Shown here: piece by piece, positions 36,542 through 50,629 of the stretch | Numbering within the stretch: position 1 is the stretch's first letter | How the letters are laid out: each line of letters opens with the position of its first letter | NCBI GenBank assembly: GCA_951406725.2 | Contig: OX597814.1 | Location: 164,238,001 to 164,302,000 of the forward strand | Direction: 5' to 3' | DNA: 64,000 bases | From: Octopus vulgaris | Lineage: Eukaryota | The notes under the pieces: generated by a model | Told to the model about the DNA's origin: nothing | The model's database searches: none | Seen by the model: the letters and a program-made list of their open reading frames with translations, nothing else | Translations under genes and position numbers: made by a program

Positions 36542-36809
36542 GAAATGAGGTACTCAGAAATCCGGATGGTTTTATATTTACAGATATTTATTATGTTTTT
36601 ATACATCATATATCATATATCATTTAATAGCGCTTTCGTCCATGCTAGTGGAGTCTTCAAATTGAACATCAATTTGAAGACTCCACTAGAATGGACGAAA
36701 GCGCTAATATATGATATATGATATATGATGTATAAAAACATGTAACATACTAATAAATATCTGTAAATATAAAACCATCCGGATTTCTGAGTACCTCATT
36801 TCTTCTAAT
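36535..36809. mobile_element. ~275-bp near-perfect palindrome in (TA)n; each arm has a hammerhead-like motif followed by AATAAA
   Basis: Centre at 36666-36668. Right arm UUGAAGA-C-UCCA(cuagaa)UGGA-C-GAAA-GCGC-UA at 36674-36706, mirrored on the minus strand in the left arm. Confidence 0.8.
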
Positions 36810-36839
36810 ATATAATACCTGTACATCATCTGCAAAACC

Positions 36840-36883
<44 letters not shown>

Positions 36884-37251
36884 GTATATACATGCATATG
36901 CGTACGTGTCCTAACACATATATGTACATGGATGTAAACACTTCATTATACACATACTTATAAATATACATTGTTATTGAATTATGTACTCATGCACGCT
37001 GGCATGCAGTTTCACGGTCCACTGTGAGTTCCAGATACAACGTTCGTGAGGTGTTTGCATAAAGAAAGAGCGAATCAGTTTATTCACCAATAAAAACGTG
37101 TCTGAAACAGCTGTAGTGAACCTCAATGTGTTCTTTCATTCTTTGCATACACACACACACACATACATACACATACATACACATACATACATGCGTACAC
37201 ATATACATACATACGTACATACATACATACATACATACATACGCATATGTA

Positions 37252-37305
<54 letters not shown>

Positions 37306-38067
37306 ATATATATATATAAATATTTAAGCATATGTACATGCTTACATATGTATGTATATGCACATGCATATATGGGCACAGGACACCACAGAACGGAAAC
37401 AACGAAATACGAAAACATGGACTACGGACTTTGTTTGCGAACAACGAAAGAAACAAGTGGAAGACAAGACAAGTAACATAAAAAAAACGACCCTTCATTT
37501 GTTGTCGGCTGTTTTTCTACTTCGTATTTCGAGCATTGTGTGTGAGCATGTCTACACACACATACACTCACACATATAGTTTTTTGCATACATTAAAATT
37601 TGAATATGTGGATGCATCTATACGTATGCAAACATATATATGATCTATAATAAATGTATGTATGCGAATGTAAGCATGTGTGTGTGTTTCCCCTACGTGT
37701 GATGTGTTTTCATGTGTGTGTGCGTGTGTGTAGGACGCATGTATGAATGTTGTGTCCTCGTTAGACAAGCTAGGCACTGTCCTTCCACGTTAAATTTTAA
37801 TAATTAAATAATGTAAAAGATTTTTAATTTATTGTTGACATGCTGATATAAATGCTTCAAATTCAAGACATGAATTCATTAAATGCCAAATAGTTTGATC
37901 ATAGACAAATTTGATTTCCCCGCGCAAGTAAAACTGTCACGTGACGATCTTAAACGCGAACGTACAAAAGTGCAGTAAAAATTGTACCACAATGCCAGAA
38001 TGGCAGCTAACTTTTCATTCTATGTCACCACTAAGGAAAAGTAATATGTGCATGCTTTTGTTATATC

Positions 38068-38312
38068 GTGGAGGCACGTAATTTAGTGGTTAGGGGTGTC
38101 AGCATCATGATCGTAAGATTGTGGTTTCGAATCCTAGACCGGGCGACGCGTTGTGTTATTGAGCAAAACACTTCATTTCACGTTGCTTCAGTCCACTCAG
38201 CTGGCAAAAATGAGTAACGCTGCGATGGACTGGCGTCCCGTCCAGCTGGGGAACACATACGACATAGAAACCGGGAAACCAGGCCCATGAGCCTGGCTAG
38301 GCTTTAAAAGGG
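38068..38312 (+). mobile_element. SINE family C
   Basis: Matches 22245-22491. Confidence 0.88.
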
Positions 38313-38728
38313 TACATTCCTTTCTTCTTTTTGTTTGTTATATCGGTGTGCATGTATTTACCTTAGACAATCGAAATAAGTTTTTGAGACATTCTACTTC
38401 GTGTAACACAGAAACAAATTATCCCCAAAAGAGAGGGGTATCTAGAGTGTCTAGATATCACGAGCATACGATTTTGAGGTGGTGGTGGGCTGTCTACCGT
38501 TCCTGTTAGAAGCAAAAGTGATCATTTGACAGAGAAAAAGAAATTTAATGAAACGGTATAATTCTTTTATTCTGTTATTGTCAGTATGTTGTGTACACTA
38601 CTTGAATACTCCGTTCTCCACAGATCCTTAACTGATACATGAATCACATTTATGCAGCGATAGTTACTGAAATAATTCAATGATTAAACCTACTACCTGC
38701 TTTGCAGCTTGCGATAACGTAAAATAGT

Positions 38729-38884
38729 AGGTGCAGGTGTAGATGTGTGGTAAGAAGCTTGCTTCCCAACCTTATGGTTCCGGGTTCAGTTCCACTACAT
38801 GGCACCCTAGGCAACTGTCTTCTGCTATAGCCTCAGTCCGACCAAAGCCTTGTAAGTGGATTTGGTGGACGGAAGCTGAAAGAA
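38729..38884 (+). mobile_element. SINE family A 5' half, truncated at the Tc1 element
   Basis: Head through ggaagctgaaagaa. Confidence 0.85.
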
Positions 38885-40152
38885 GTTGGACAAAATAATG
38901 GAAACACCTTAAAATTTCAAACAATTTTATTCTAATATGTGGCAGGACCGCCTTTGGCAGTAATTACAGCTTGAATTGTACGAGGTATGAACTCGTACAA
39001 AGTTTGAATGGTTTCCAAAGGAATTTTTGTCCATTCTTCAGCTAAAGCAGTCTCTAGTTCTTGTAGTGATGATGGTGGAGGACATCGACTCCTTATTTGT
39101 TTTTCTAAAATACACCATAAATGTTCAATAATATTGAGATATGGGGACTGTGGTAGCTAGATAAGATGTTCAACTTCACTAGAATGTTCTTCATGCCATT
39201 CAGTAACACCTTTATCTGTGTGAATTGGTGCATTATCATCCTGAAAGATTACGTTTCCCTCCGGAAACAGTTCCGCAACCATAGGATGAATTTGATCAGA
39301 TAAAATGCTTAAATAGTCTTCACTATTAATTCTGCCATGAAGGGAAACCATTGGGCCGGCGAATTTCCAAGATATAGTCCCCAGATCATCACAGATCCCC
39401 CTCCATGTTTAACAATTGGAAGAAGGCAATCTGGGTCAAAAGCTTCTTTTAGCTGTCTACACCCGTATATTCGGCTGGTAGTCGGATATAAGGTAAAGGA
39501 GGACTCGTCCGAGAAAATAACATTCTTCCATTGCTCTAGGGACCAATTCTATAGGTTTTTACTCCATTCTAAACGCTTTACAACGTTTGTTTTTGAAAGT
39601 AGTGGTTTTCTGATTGCAACCCTCTCGTGAAATCCGGCTTTGCGCAGCTCCCGGGGAACAGTTTTTGTGGAAACTGGATTCTCGAAGAGGTCATTAAGCT
39701 CTGCAGTAATTTTGGAAGGTATACTTTTGTGATCCTTTCTAACAGTTCGCGTAAGAGTACGACGGTCCCTATCTGAAAGTTTTGGTTTTCTTCCGGAGTT
39801 TTGTTTCGACGAGGAGGTTTTTCCCTCTATCTCAAAGGCTGTCATTACTTTCGAGACAGTACTTCTTGATAACCAAACATTTCGGCTGTTTTCGTTACGC
39901 TAGCGCCTGCTATACGAGCACTAACAATTTGACCTCTTTGAAAGTCCGAGAGATCTGTCATTTTAATGAATTTTAATTACCTTTTTTTGATAGTATCTGA
40001 AAAGAAAGAGCAATTTTAGCAAAAACATATTAAGTAACACCAATAATAAATAAAAAAAACATAAAAATAAACAAGCTTTTGACAGTTTTATAGATATTTC
40101 AAAATTATGATGCTATGATGCTAGGTGTTTCCATTATTTTGTCCAACCCCTG
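38885..40152 (-). mobile_element. Near-full-length Tc1-type (DD34E) transposon with disrupted transposase
   Basis: TIRs gttggacaaaataatggaaacacct (38885) / aggtgtttccattattttgtccaacccctg (to 40152) followed by TA. Minus strand from ~39961: MTDLSDFQRGQIV...SGRKPKLSDRDRR...RKPLLSK...VIFSDES...IFQDDNAPIH...PQSPYLNIIEHLW, with stops. Confidence 0.93.
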
Positions 40153-40562
40153 TATATACATACAAACAAACATAGATTACACGATATCAATGCAATAAAA
40201 ATTCCCTAATTTTGTCGTGGTTATAATCAAACCGAGATATCATATTTCTTTGACACTAAACTCATATATTTTTATTTCTGATTTCTTTGAAAATAAGAAC
40301 AGGATGTATGTTTTCAGTTTTCTGTTTTCACATTGGTCAAAATACGGCATATTTTAACCCTTTTTTTGGTGGGTGTCCTTTTGAAAATACTTTTTAAAAA
40401 TTAGTATAGCAATACAAATTTTGCTAGAAAGGTTGTTATTGGTGGAAATCATTAACATAAAAGTACAAAGAATATATCCTTTATGGTAAAACGGGCAATA
40501 TTCTCATGTAAGCTTAATATCATTTGAAAGGCTTTTATATATGCATATATATATAAATACAT

Positions 40563-40617
<55 letters not shown>

Positions 40618-43600
40618 TGCCTTTCCTGTCACGAACCTAGCAGCCTTTAAATACAACTTATAAAATATAAAGATTACTACTCGATTTCTCTTTAATTATT
40701 ATAACTTACACAAGCAAAAACTTGGTGGCGTTTATAAAAAGCATTTTCTGTTAAATCACAGATATAGGAAGAACCTGAATAAAAATTATCTACGACTGTG
40801 CGTTTTCCGAAACATGGATCGCCCCAACCAGTCAAGCAATATGAAATAGGTTGTAAAGAAAGTGGACCTTATCTCAACAATAGCACACCAAGCAATCAAC
40901 AACGACAACAAAAAAAATCATTAAGTATACTTTTTTAGACACAACTTGCCCCTCAAATGTGTTGTTTAGCAAACCTTCATGACATTAACCAGCCTTATTT
41001 AGAAACAAAGTGAAGACGAATGTAGATTACTGTATATGACTAATAGGGACAATATTGCTAACTGGGCACGGAGATACCAACTTTAAACAGTGTGGAAGGT
41101 ACGTTATACAGATTTTAAAACCAGGTCTGACTTCTTAAACATGGTGACAAGTTCATACCAACTCAATAGAAAATTCAACCTTTACCAAAAGGCTTATGTG
41201 GTTTGTAACCCTGATTCTTCAAATTTGATAAATATTGACATGGCATTAAAACTTCAAATGCCTCTCTAGAAACACCTTCACAGACTTCACACGTTTCATG
41301 ACACCTTTTCCATATGTATCATATCAGGCAAACATCTACATAACACATGAAGTTACACTGATAGATACCAACTTGAAGCAAGGCCGACAAGATCAGCTTG
41401 AAGATGTCCCCAGAAACATTTCTTAATGTGATTTTAATATCGGATAGTTCATTGCATCTGACAGAATATCACATTGTCTGTCAAGACTTTTCAAACATTT
41501 CTATTTCGATTATGTACAGTCAGCCTAAAGATGGTAGTAGTGGTGGTTCTTTCTTCATATCTTCGCTTTCTTCTCATATCTTTTCGTTTTCTTTTTAAGT
41601 AGCAATATTTTAGTTTTGCATGAATAATGAGTGGCCTCAAATTTGTGCTCTGCGAGAGTTGAATCACAACCTAAGCATGAAGCTTAAGCAGCAAATCTGT
41701 TTATTTTAAGTACTGTACAAAGAGTACTAAATAAGTTATTCTGACGGTATCTTTTTCAAAGTCTTGAATTTATCCGAAACAATAAATTCTGTCGAGAATG
41801 GTGAAAAGTACCTGCCCATCGTACCTACATACAGCTAAATACGGGACATTTGAGAGCTGTGGCCAATTATGTGACAGGAACTACTCATCAATAGGTTTTT
41901 CATTATTAGTAAAATAAACAATTTTAGGAAACTAGCGGGGGTCTGCATCGACAAAATATTTTTATTGGTAAAGTATAAAATTATGTCTTTAAAGTTTGTA
42001 TTCTGTTGGAAGAAGAATTTCATGACGTTTCGGATCAAATTACTCATCAGAGACAGGGAAGATTCTTTTGCGTCTTTCGTCTATCAAAGTGTGATATAAT
42101 AGTGCCTTTCATGAATAGTCACGACACTAGTTAAATTGGATTTCATTCAATCTTAAGCGTAAATTAAATTCAATCAAGTAGAGTGTTAAGTTTGATATAC
42201 ATTTCACTCTCATTCAATTATATAATCTGAAAGAAACAATTTGATCCAATATTAACCAAACATATAAACAAATTAAAATAAAAACAGTTTTTTCTATGCT
42301 TATAATTTTCACTAATTGTCATAGCCACTATAGGCATCGATTGCTGGAATAAAACAAGTGTTATATGTATGCGAATATATCTCCGTTGAAATTCTTAATT
42401 CAGTAACTGATTTCATTTTACGTACAAGGCCTTGCTCATTCATCATATTGTGAAGTTCATGAGTTTGGTTAAGTTCATATGTCCTGTGTTGAAGCGGAAT
42501 CCATAATATGATTTGTTGAATAGAGATCTGTCATACTTATTAAGATAACTTGCTAAAAGAAGAAATTTTATAAAACAAAATGTTTCTTCTTTATTATTTT
42601 CGTAATAATTAAGAACGAAAATGAGATATCGGAATGGATACTTATGCATTCAATCATATAAACAACTGCGATAAAAATAGTTGCACGTATCCTTTCATTT
42701 GCGGTTGTGTTAGATGGATGGAATGCTAGTGGTTGTGTACAACAAAAACGTCTTCATTCGGAAATATTAATTTTACGCTGTATTACCAAAAGTAAAGCTC
42801 TTTTATAACTGTATATTTATCTACGCTCCATTTTAATTAAATTCTAACAAAACATTGATTATCTAAATAATAAACATTTATCAGAAAACGGTTTCGTTAT
42901 GATCGAAAATTGTTGGATTCATCAAATTTATTTATAGTGCGAAGACTGCTGGTGAATATGTGTTGTGAAAAATGGTGCCCGTTTTTCAGTAGACCTACGT
43001 TAAAAGGCGTAACCAATCGACTTTTCTGTCATAGCGTATCTATGACTACATTATTCAATGTGTCCTTCTTGTTTTCAAAACGGCTGGGTGTGACTTTAGG
43101 GGAATTTGATCGTTAATTCTAGTAGGTCAAGCGATCTTGTTGGTTTGTTAATCCTCTTAAAGATTTAAATATTGCAATTAAAATTAACCGTGGAAGAGAA
43201 ATTTAATGTTACGTTGCTGTATGGAAGTTCGGTTTGTTGGGGGTGGATGAGCAATTAATTGTGATGTTAGTTTCATTTAGCGAGATGCGACGGCTCAGAT
43301 TTACAAAGAAAGAAAACAGTGTTCTAAACATATTAACAGTTATCGCCAAGCTAATATGGCCGTCCATAAATATAGCATGAAAGCTGCTGTTGATTAGCTC
43401 CAAGAGGCCATTGCCTCTAGCTAGCAATATGACATACGAACCTGTGTCCATTATAACCTTCGAACAGGGGAAGTCAGCTGCTTCCCCTTGCTGGTCAGGC
43501 ATCTGCAGACATGTTTCAGGGTATTTGCCCTTTATCAATGCAGAGTAGCCAAACCCAGCAGGCGTCGCTGCTGACTGTCTGTTCGAAGGATTATTTACCT

Positions 43601-44229
43601 AATTTCAGTGGAATACATCCACTGGTTTTCAAAAATAGAAATATTATTATGTGTTCTAAACGATGTATGTGAAGTCAAACGCCTACAACATGGAATCAAT
43701 ACAGAATCATAAAATCTTTTACGAGTTGGCCGCTTGATAAATTATTTGATTAATCTGACATGTTACAACTAGTCATAATCGTATTACAGTTATGTGACGT
43801 GGAGTTCGCTTCTACTGGGCAGCACCTTGTGCAGTATTTTCTCCCATAGGCTCTTGTCAACTCAAGCCTTATGAAAGAATCTGAGTCGACAAGAACTGTA
43901 CAGAAACCATACCAGCTGTACATGTGTGGTGGCCGACTTAATCTTTCGCACTGGTTTCATACCATCACCTGGTTACTGGGTAGGTTTAACGGTGCCCATT
44001 CAGACTAAATTTCCATTATAAAGATGCTCTGTCTCCTACTGTAGTAACCCACATGCCCTGGTTTCTTCTTCCTTCCACTATGCCAGTTAAGGAAGCCCTA
44101 CATATTGTTAATTGGCACTGTCTTTCTTCTTCCAACTAAACTCCTCTCTCTTTTTCTCTCTTTCTTTCTCTCACACTTTTTCTCTGAATGTATGTATGCA
44201 TATACACACACACACATACATATATATGT

Positions 44230-44410
<181 letters not shown>

Positions 44411-44764
44411 AACCTTACTTGCTTTCCCCTTTACACCATATATCATAACACTGTGATACACGATTCCTATTGATCGTTCTTTTTTTCCTCTCCCCCTTTT
44501 TTTCCCCTTTTTTCTTCTTTTTTCATTTCTCTTTCCTTTTGTGCCTTTTCCTTTTCTTTTTTTTCTTTTTATTCTTTTTATTTTATTCAATTTTTTTTTT
44601 GTGTTTTTGTTCTTTTCTTCCTTTTTACGATCTCTCTTGATCGAAAACCTACGCCACCCCCTTTTTTTTCTTTTGTTTTTTTGTTCTCTTCATCCCCCAA
44701 AAGAAAAGCTCTACCTTGTAACTTGTCCCATCTGTGTGCAGCCCTGTGTGGCCAATAAAGAAAC

Positions 44765-44903
<139 letters not shown>

Positions 44904-44929
44904 TATATATATGTATAAATATATATATA

Positions 44930-45360
44930 TAACGTTTCGGGTATTGGTTCTCCTTCAAAAAGAGAAAATAAATAATGGTGTTACCGGCCATGACATGAAA
45001 TTGCGAAAAATTGAATAAGATAAAGTAGTGATGTAAGGGAAAATCGATGCAGGAGAGAGAGAGAGGGGGGGGAGTCAGTGAGAAATGATGCAGGTAGTGT
45101 GCAAAGTGAACGTTAGAGAAGGATGTCCGAGGGAAGGTGTTCGTTAAAGAAGTTCATAAAAAGATCAAGGTCAGTTGAAATGGGAAGGGTGAAGCAAAGT
45201 CTGAGTCAAGTGACATGCAAGAAAGTCTTAAGAATACAAGGCAAAGGAAAGAATTGAACAAAGGAGCTCACGCGCATATACAGACAATCACTAATACAAA
45301 GATGGAAGGAGGTAGAAGCAGAAATGGTAGAGGGAACTTGCAGAGAACTGAAATCATTAG
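44930..45360 (-). mobile_element. Possible degraded Penelope-like element 3' end
   Basis: Pyrimidine-rich minus strand ending in ttga.gg...cc-GAAACGTT next to (TA)n. No intact ORF. Confidence 0.3.
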
Positions 45361-45768
45361 ATAGTGAGTTCGATTCCTAACCCGGGCTGTTTGCTGTGTT
45401 GTTGAGCAAGACACTTTATTTCATGTTGCTCCAATTCACTCATCTGTAGAAATGAGCTGCAATGCCACTGGTGCCAAGCTTGGATAACATCGGTGGCGTG
45501 GAGCGGGGATGCTGGTATGCATGCGAAGAATTAAGCGGTGGAGTGGTTAGGATTATAAAAACAAAAATGATAAATGATTAATATCAGTGTCGGGGTGGGA
45601 AGAAATATATATGGCCTGTGGTGGAAGATAAGAAGGAATGTGGAGATTGAGTTAGGGTAAACAGAACAGAGAAGTATGAAAATATAAGGATTGTGCATAC
45701 ATCCCATAGTATGCAGTCATATGTATAGTTTATGCAAAAAACTACATGCAATTTTTACAACCAATCTA

Positions 45769-45940
45769 AGGCGGCGAGCTGGCAGAATCATTAGCACGCC
45801 GGGCGAAATGCTTAACAGTATTTCGTCTGTCTTTACGTTCTGAGTTCAAATTCCGCCGAGGTCGACTTTGCCTTTCATCCTTTCGAAGTCGATAAATTAA
45901 GTATCAGTTGCGTACTGGGGCCGATCTAATCGACTGGCCC
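45769..45940 (+). mobile_element. SINE family B, 3' truncated
   Basis: ggcggcgagctggcagaatc...gataaattaagta. Confidence 0.88.
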
Positions 45941-45944
45941 CAAG

Positions 45945-46210
45945 GCACAAGTCCGGGAAAGGTTGTTTATGGAAGATCAGCAGTCACCCATGCATACCAG
46001 CCTCCCCTCTCCACACCACCGATGTTAACCAAGGGAAAAGCAAAGGCCGACACAGCTTGGCACCAGTGGCATTGCAACTCATTTTTACGGATGAGTGAAC
46101 TGGAGCAACATGAAATAAATTGTCTTGCTCAAGAGCACAACAAGCAGCCTGGGTTGGGAATCGAACTCACAACCTCATGATTGTGAGCCCGACGCTATAA
46201 CCACTGAGCA
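45945..46210 (-). mobile_element. tRNA-derived SINE (related fragment at 45365-45520, +)
   Basis: Plus-strand gggaatcgaactc and taaccactgagc; gtcttgctcaa body. Confidence 0.75.
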
Positions 46211-46290
46211 TAAAACTAGGCAAGCAAGAATTATCCTTATTCTTTTTAAATATATTTTTAATTTGAAAGATTAAAAAAATAACTTTCCTT

Positions 46291-46453
46291 GTGGCTGTGT
46301 GGTAAGTAGCTTGCTTACCAACCGGGTTCAGTCCCACTGCGTGGCACCTTGGGCAAGTGTCCTCTACTATAGCTTCGGGCCGACCAAAGCCTTGTGAGTG
46401 GATTTGGTAGACGGAAACTGAAAGAAGCCCGTCGTATATATATGTATAAATAA

Positions 46454-46491
<38 letters not shown>

Positions 46492-46689
46492 TTGTTCCCC
46501 CAACATCGCTTGACAACCGATGCTGGTGTGTTTACGTCCCCGTAACTTTGCGGTTCAACAATAGAGACCGATAGAATAAGTACTAGGCTTACAAAGAATA
46601 AGTCCTGGGGTCGATTTGCTCGACTAAAGGCGGTGCTCCAGCATGGACGCAGTCAAATGACTGAAACAAGTAAAAGAGAGTAAAGAGAG
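46291..46689 (+). mobile_element. SINE family A
   Basis: Full family A with a small deletion in the head. Confidence 0.92.
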
Positions 46690-47404
46690 AACTGCAGCCA
46701 ATACTTTCTTTTTTATAACTTGATCATCAGTTAAAAACAAAATATAAAAGATTGAAGCCACTAACGTAGGAACTCTTTCTCTTTCCCTGTTTGGCTAGGA
46801 TCCAGTGTTACGGCATTATGACTGAAGTGAGACAAACACTTATCTATTGACAACTTGAAACACTCTTCCTTTCTACTTCAGTGTCTTTTCCCCTTCAAGT
46901 GAAGAAAAACATAATATTATTGATGTTATTATATGCTTTATGTGAAATACTCTACAGATGATACTAGTTCAAGATTTGTGCAGAGAACACAGGAAATAAA
47001 CAACTTGACCAGGAGTGGTCAAATTTGCTTAATAGAGATCTTCCCAAAGAAACAATGCTTAATAGACATTAAGAAAAATGTCACTTGACGTTTGTTATTT
47101 CACTTGAAACCACTCTCATATAGTTGTTGTTGTTGTTGTCACTGTTGTTGTTGTTGCTGCTACCGCCGCTGCTACTGTTGTCTGGGCCTAGTTACCCTTG
47201 ATCGAGCAGACCCTAATAGAATGATACTAGTCATAACTAGCTTGGCTCTTTGTGTAATCAGGGACTACACTGTCGTACATTTTTAAAGACGAAAATTAAG
47301 GGATATCTCACTACACACACACACACACACACACACATACACATACACACAATATAAATAAAAAAGTATATATATATATATATATATATATATAGCATAT
47401 ATGC

Positions 47405-47438
<34 letters not shown>

Positions 47439-47468
47439 GTATATATATATATGTATATATATATATAA

Positions 47469-47515
<47 letters not shown>

Positions 47516-47561
47516 TATATACATATATGTACAAACATATACATGTCTCTCTCTCTCTCTC

Positions 47562-47600
<39 letters not shown>

Positions 47601-47604
<4 letters not shown>

Positions 47605-47706
47605 TGGACCGCTGAAATCAACAAGTTTCTTTCATTCTCTCTTTGTTTATTTTCTCTTATTCCTTTCTATTGAAGAGCGTAGGCACGAAACGTAAAAGGC
47701 TTTTTC

Positions 47707-47712
<6 letters not shown>
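47601..47712 (+). mobile_element. Penelope-like terminal fragment with hammerhead-like variant (left arm of an inverted pair)
   Basis: ccttt-CUAUUGA-A-GAGC(guag)GCAC-GAAA-CG-UA-aaagg at 47662-47699, flanked by (TA)n. Confidence 0.65.
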
Positions 47713-47755
<43 letters not shown>

Positions 47756-48061
47756 CATATATGGGTACAGGATGTCACAAAATGTAAACAATATAAAATA
47801 CGAAGACAAACTTGGGTATGCGAACAACTAGAGAAATAAATGGAAAACAAGACAAGTAACATAAAGTTGGACCCTTCATCAGTTGTCGGCTGTCCATGTA
47901 CTCCACTTTTCGAGCAATTAATGACAATATGAGGCTTCGAAAGGCAATTGGTTCCGTGTACCAAAATAAAATTTGGGATTTGCGGAGAGTCAAAGTTGGT
48001 AACAAAAACAGGACAGTGGAGATATAACAACAAGCCAAACGAAAACAAACATAGAGGTCCG

Positions 48062-48096
<35 letters not shown>

Positions 48097-48181
48097 CTCA
48101 GGTGTGGCCTCTTCGATGAATGCTTTCTACTATAGTCTCGGGCTGACCTAAGCCTTATGGGTGGAAACTGAAAGACGCCCG

Positions 48182-48233
<52 letters not shown>

Positions 48234-49249
48234 GTATATGTGTATGTGCGTGTGTACATGTATGTGTATTTATATATTTGTATGTGTATATTGACGCATA
48301 CCCCTTTCGAAATGCACATTATCTATATGCATTTATTTAGATATGTAGGAAGAACTGCGCAGTTATATGTATATGTATATATATATATATATCTATATAT
48401 ATATACATATACATGCATCTATATTTAAATATTTACATATGACCTTGTTAGAAAAATATTTGGATATAGAATGATTATTGCATAGTAATCCAGTCCCTTA
48501 AAAAAAGTTGAAAATTCCTTAAAAGAAAACTTCTAAAATTAATACCAACTTTGACTTCATTGTCTTACAACTCGAATGGTATTATCTATTAACATTCTTA
48601 TATGCATCCTAAAATTGCACAATTCCACCTTACAATAAAAAAAAATCTTGATTAGTCATAAGGAAACTAAAACCAACGCAAGCTGTGACTTGAAAATGAA
48701 GCATCTGTCACGTGAACCCATATTCAAGTTTACTCCTAACATCTTGCTCTACAGACATGCCTGACTGAACTCAAATAACAAAATTACTCTATCAAACTGG
48801 AAAAACTGTTACCACTATCCCTTCCTCTCCAACTTAACTATATAATTGTCTTCTGTCTTCCTCCATCCCACATACCATACAGCTATTTCTTTCTGTCTGC
48901 AATCTCATTTATAACACACCTAAATTTCATGTACGTTGTCAGATCACCAGAAGAATCTCTTGCCGAAAACACTATGTATAAAGCTTGAAAGCTAAATTAA
49001 ACCACAGTCTGATGACTCCTAGTAAGCTGCAGTTCGAAGTCACTGTCAAACTTTTTGTTTGTTAGCGTTAATAAAAACGGTACTCTGCCGAAACTTATGG
49101 AGCGATCCTTCAATTTTATCTTTAACTATTATTAAATACAACTTTAGATGAAAATAAACTTTAATATATATATATATGTGTGTGTGTGGGTGTGTGTGTG
49201 TGTGTATATTTACATATATATACATATATATATATATACACACATGTAT

Positions 49250-49318
<69 letters not shown>

Positions 49319-49320
49319 CA

Positions 49321-49492
49321 TAGTTGAAATTTATAGAAAAAACAAAAGACAAAGGCAGGTGTATGAACAACAAACAAGTGTATTAGTTTGACGCTCGGGA
49401 AAAATGAAAAAGCCTTTTACGTTTCGTGCCTACGCTCTTCAATAGAAAGGAATAAGAGAAAATAAAAGAAACTTGTTGATTTCAGCGGTCCA

Positions 49493-49496
<4 letters not shown>
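49321..49496 (-). mobile_element. Penelope-like terminal fragment (right arm of the inverted pair)
   Basis: 49400-49496 is the reverse complement of 47601-47712 apart from a ~17-20 nt gap. Confidence 0.65.
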
Positions 49497-49528
<32 letters not shown>

Positions 49529-49796
49529 CACTAACAGTAAACAACATAAAATACGAAAATAAATGAGTTCAATACGTAAACAACGAGAGAAACAAATGGA
49601 AAACAGGACAAATAACACAAAGAACGTCCCTTCATCAGTTGTTGGCTGTCTATCTACTTCTCATTTCAAGTACTGAAAGACAATATGAGTCTTCGAAGAC
49701 AGTTGCTCCCATAAGTACCAAAATAAAATTTGGTAAATCAAAGTATGTTCATTTATGAAGTTTACCCAACGTTTCTCTATGTTATATATTACATCT

Positions 49797-50565
49797 TTAA
49801 AAAAAAACATCTTTTGCTGTGATAAACTGTCCGAATGCTTCAATTACCTCTTCTTTATTTAAGAATGTTTTATTGCTTATGAAAAGCTCAAAATGCTTAA
49901 ATAAGTGGTGATCAGTAGGGAAGATATCAGGGGAATAGGGAGGATGTTGCAAAATCTCATAATTCAGGCTTTGCAACTTTCGGACCGTAGCTTGAGAAGT
50001 GTGATGACGTGCATTGTCGTGGAGCAAAACTGGGCCATCTCTATTCACTAGTCTGGGTTGCTTCTTTTTCAAATTCTCATGCATACAATCAATTTCCTTG
50101 CAATTCGATGTTGCTGTTACCGTTTTTCCTTGTTGTAAAAATGAATAATGAATAACTCCCTTCGCAGACCACCTTACAGTAACCACTAACTCTTTAGGGT
50201 GCAATGGTGGGTTTGGGTAGTGTTTAGCTGACTCTCCTGCATCTAATCGCTGTCCTGCTCTGCTGTTGTCAAAGAGTATCCATTTCTCATCACAAGTAAT
50301 GATTTGATGCAAAAATGGTCTTTTTCCAGTCGAGGCGTCTGTTTCTTGGAATCTCGTTCAGTTGATGTAGAACAAACCTATCCGTTTTCTTGACTTTTCC
50401 AATGTTTTACAGGTGTCCAAAAACAGTTGTGTGAGATGTTTGGAGTTCTGATGAAAGTTTTCGAACCTTTGTTCTTGGATTTTGTTCAACTAAAGCATTT
50501 AATCCATCATACCGAATAACTGATCTTGGCCTGCCCCTTGGTTTATTTTCAAGGCTATCATCTCC
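49797..50565 (-). mobile_element. mariner (DD34D) transposase relic
   Basis: HQIITCDEKWILFDN, LHPKELVVTVRW, LLHDNARHH, HPPYSPDIFPTDHHLF. Degraded upstream part with LENKPRGRPRS. Confidence 0.92.
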
Positions 50566-50629
50566 TTAACGCGCGCGTGTGTACAAAAAGAAAGGGAAAC
50601 AGAGCCAGGTGGGGGGAGGCGCATATATA

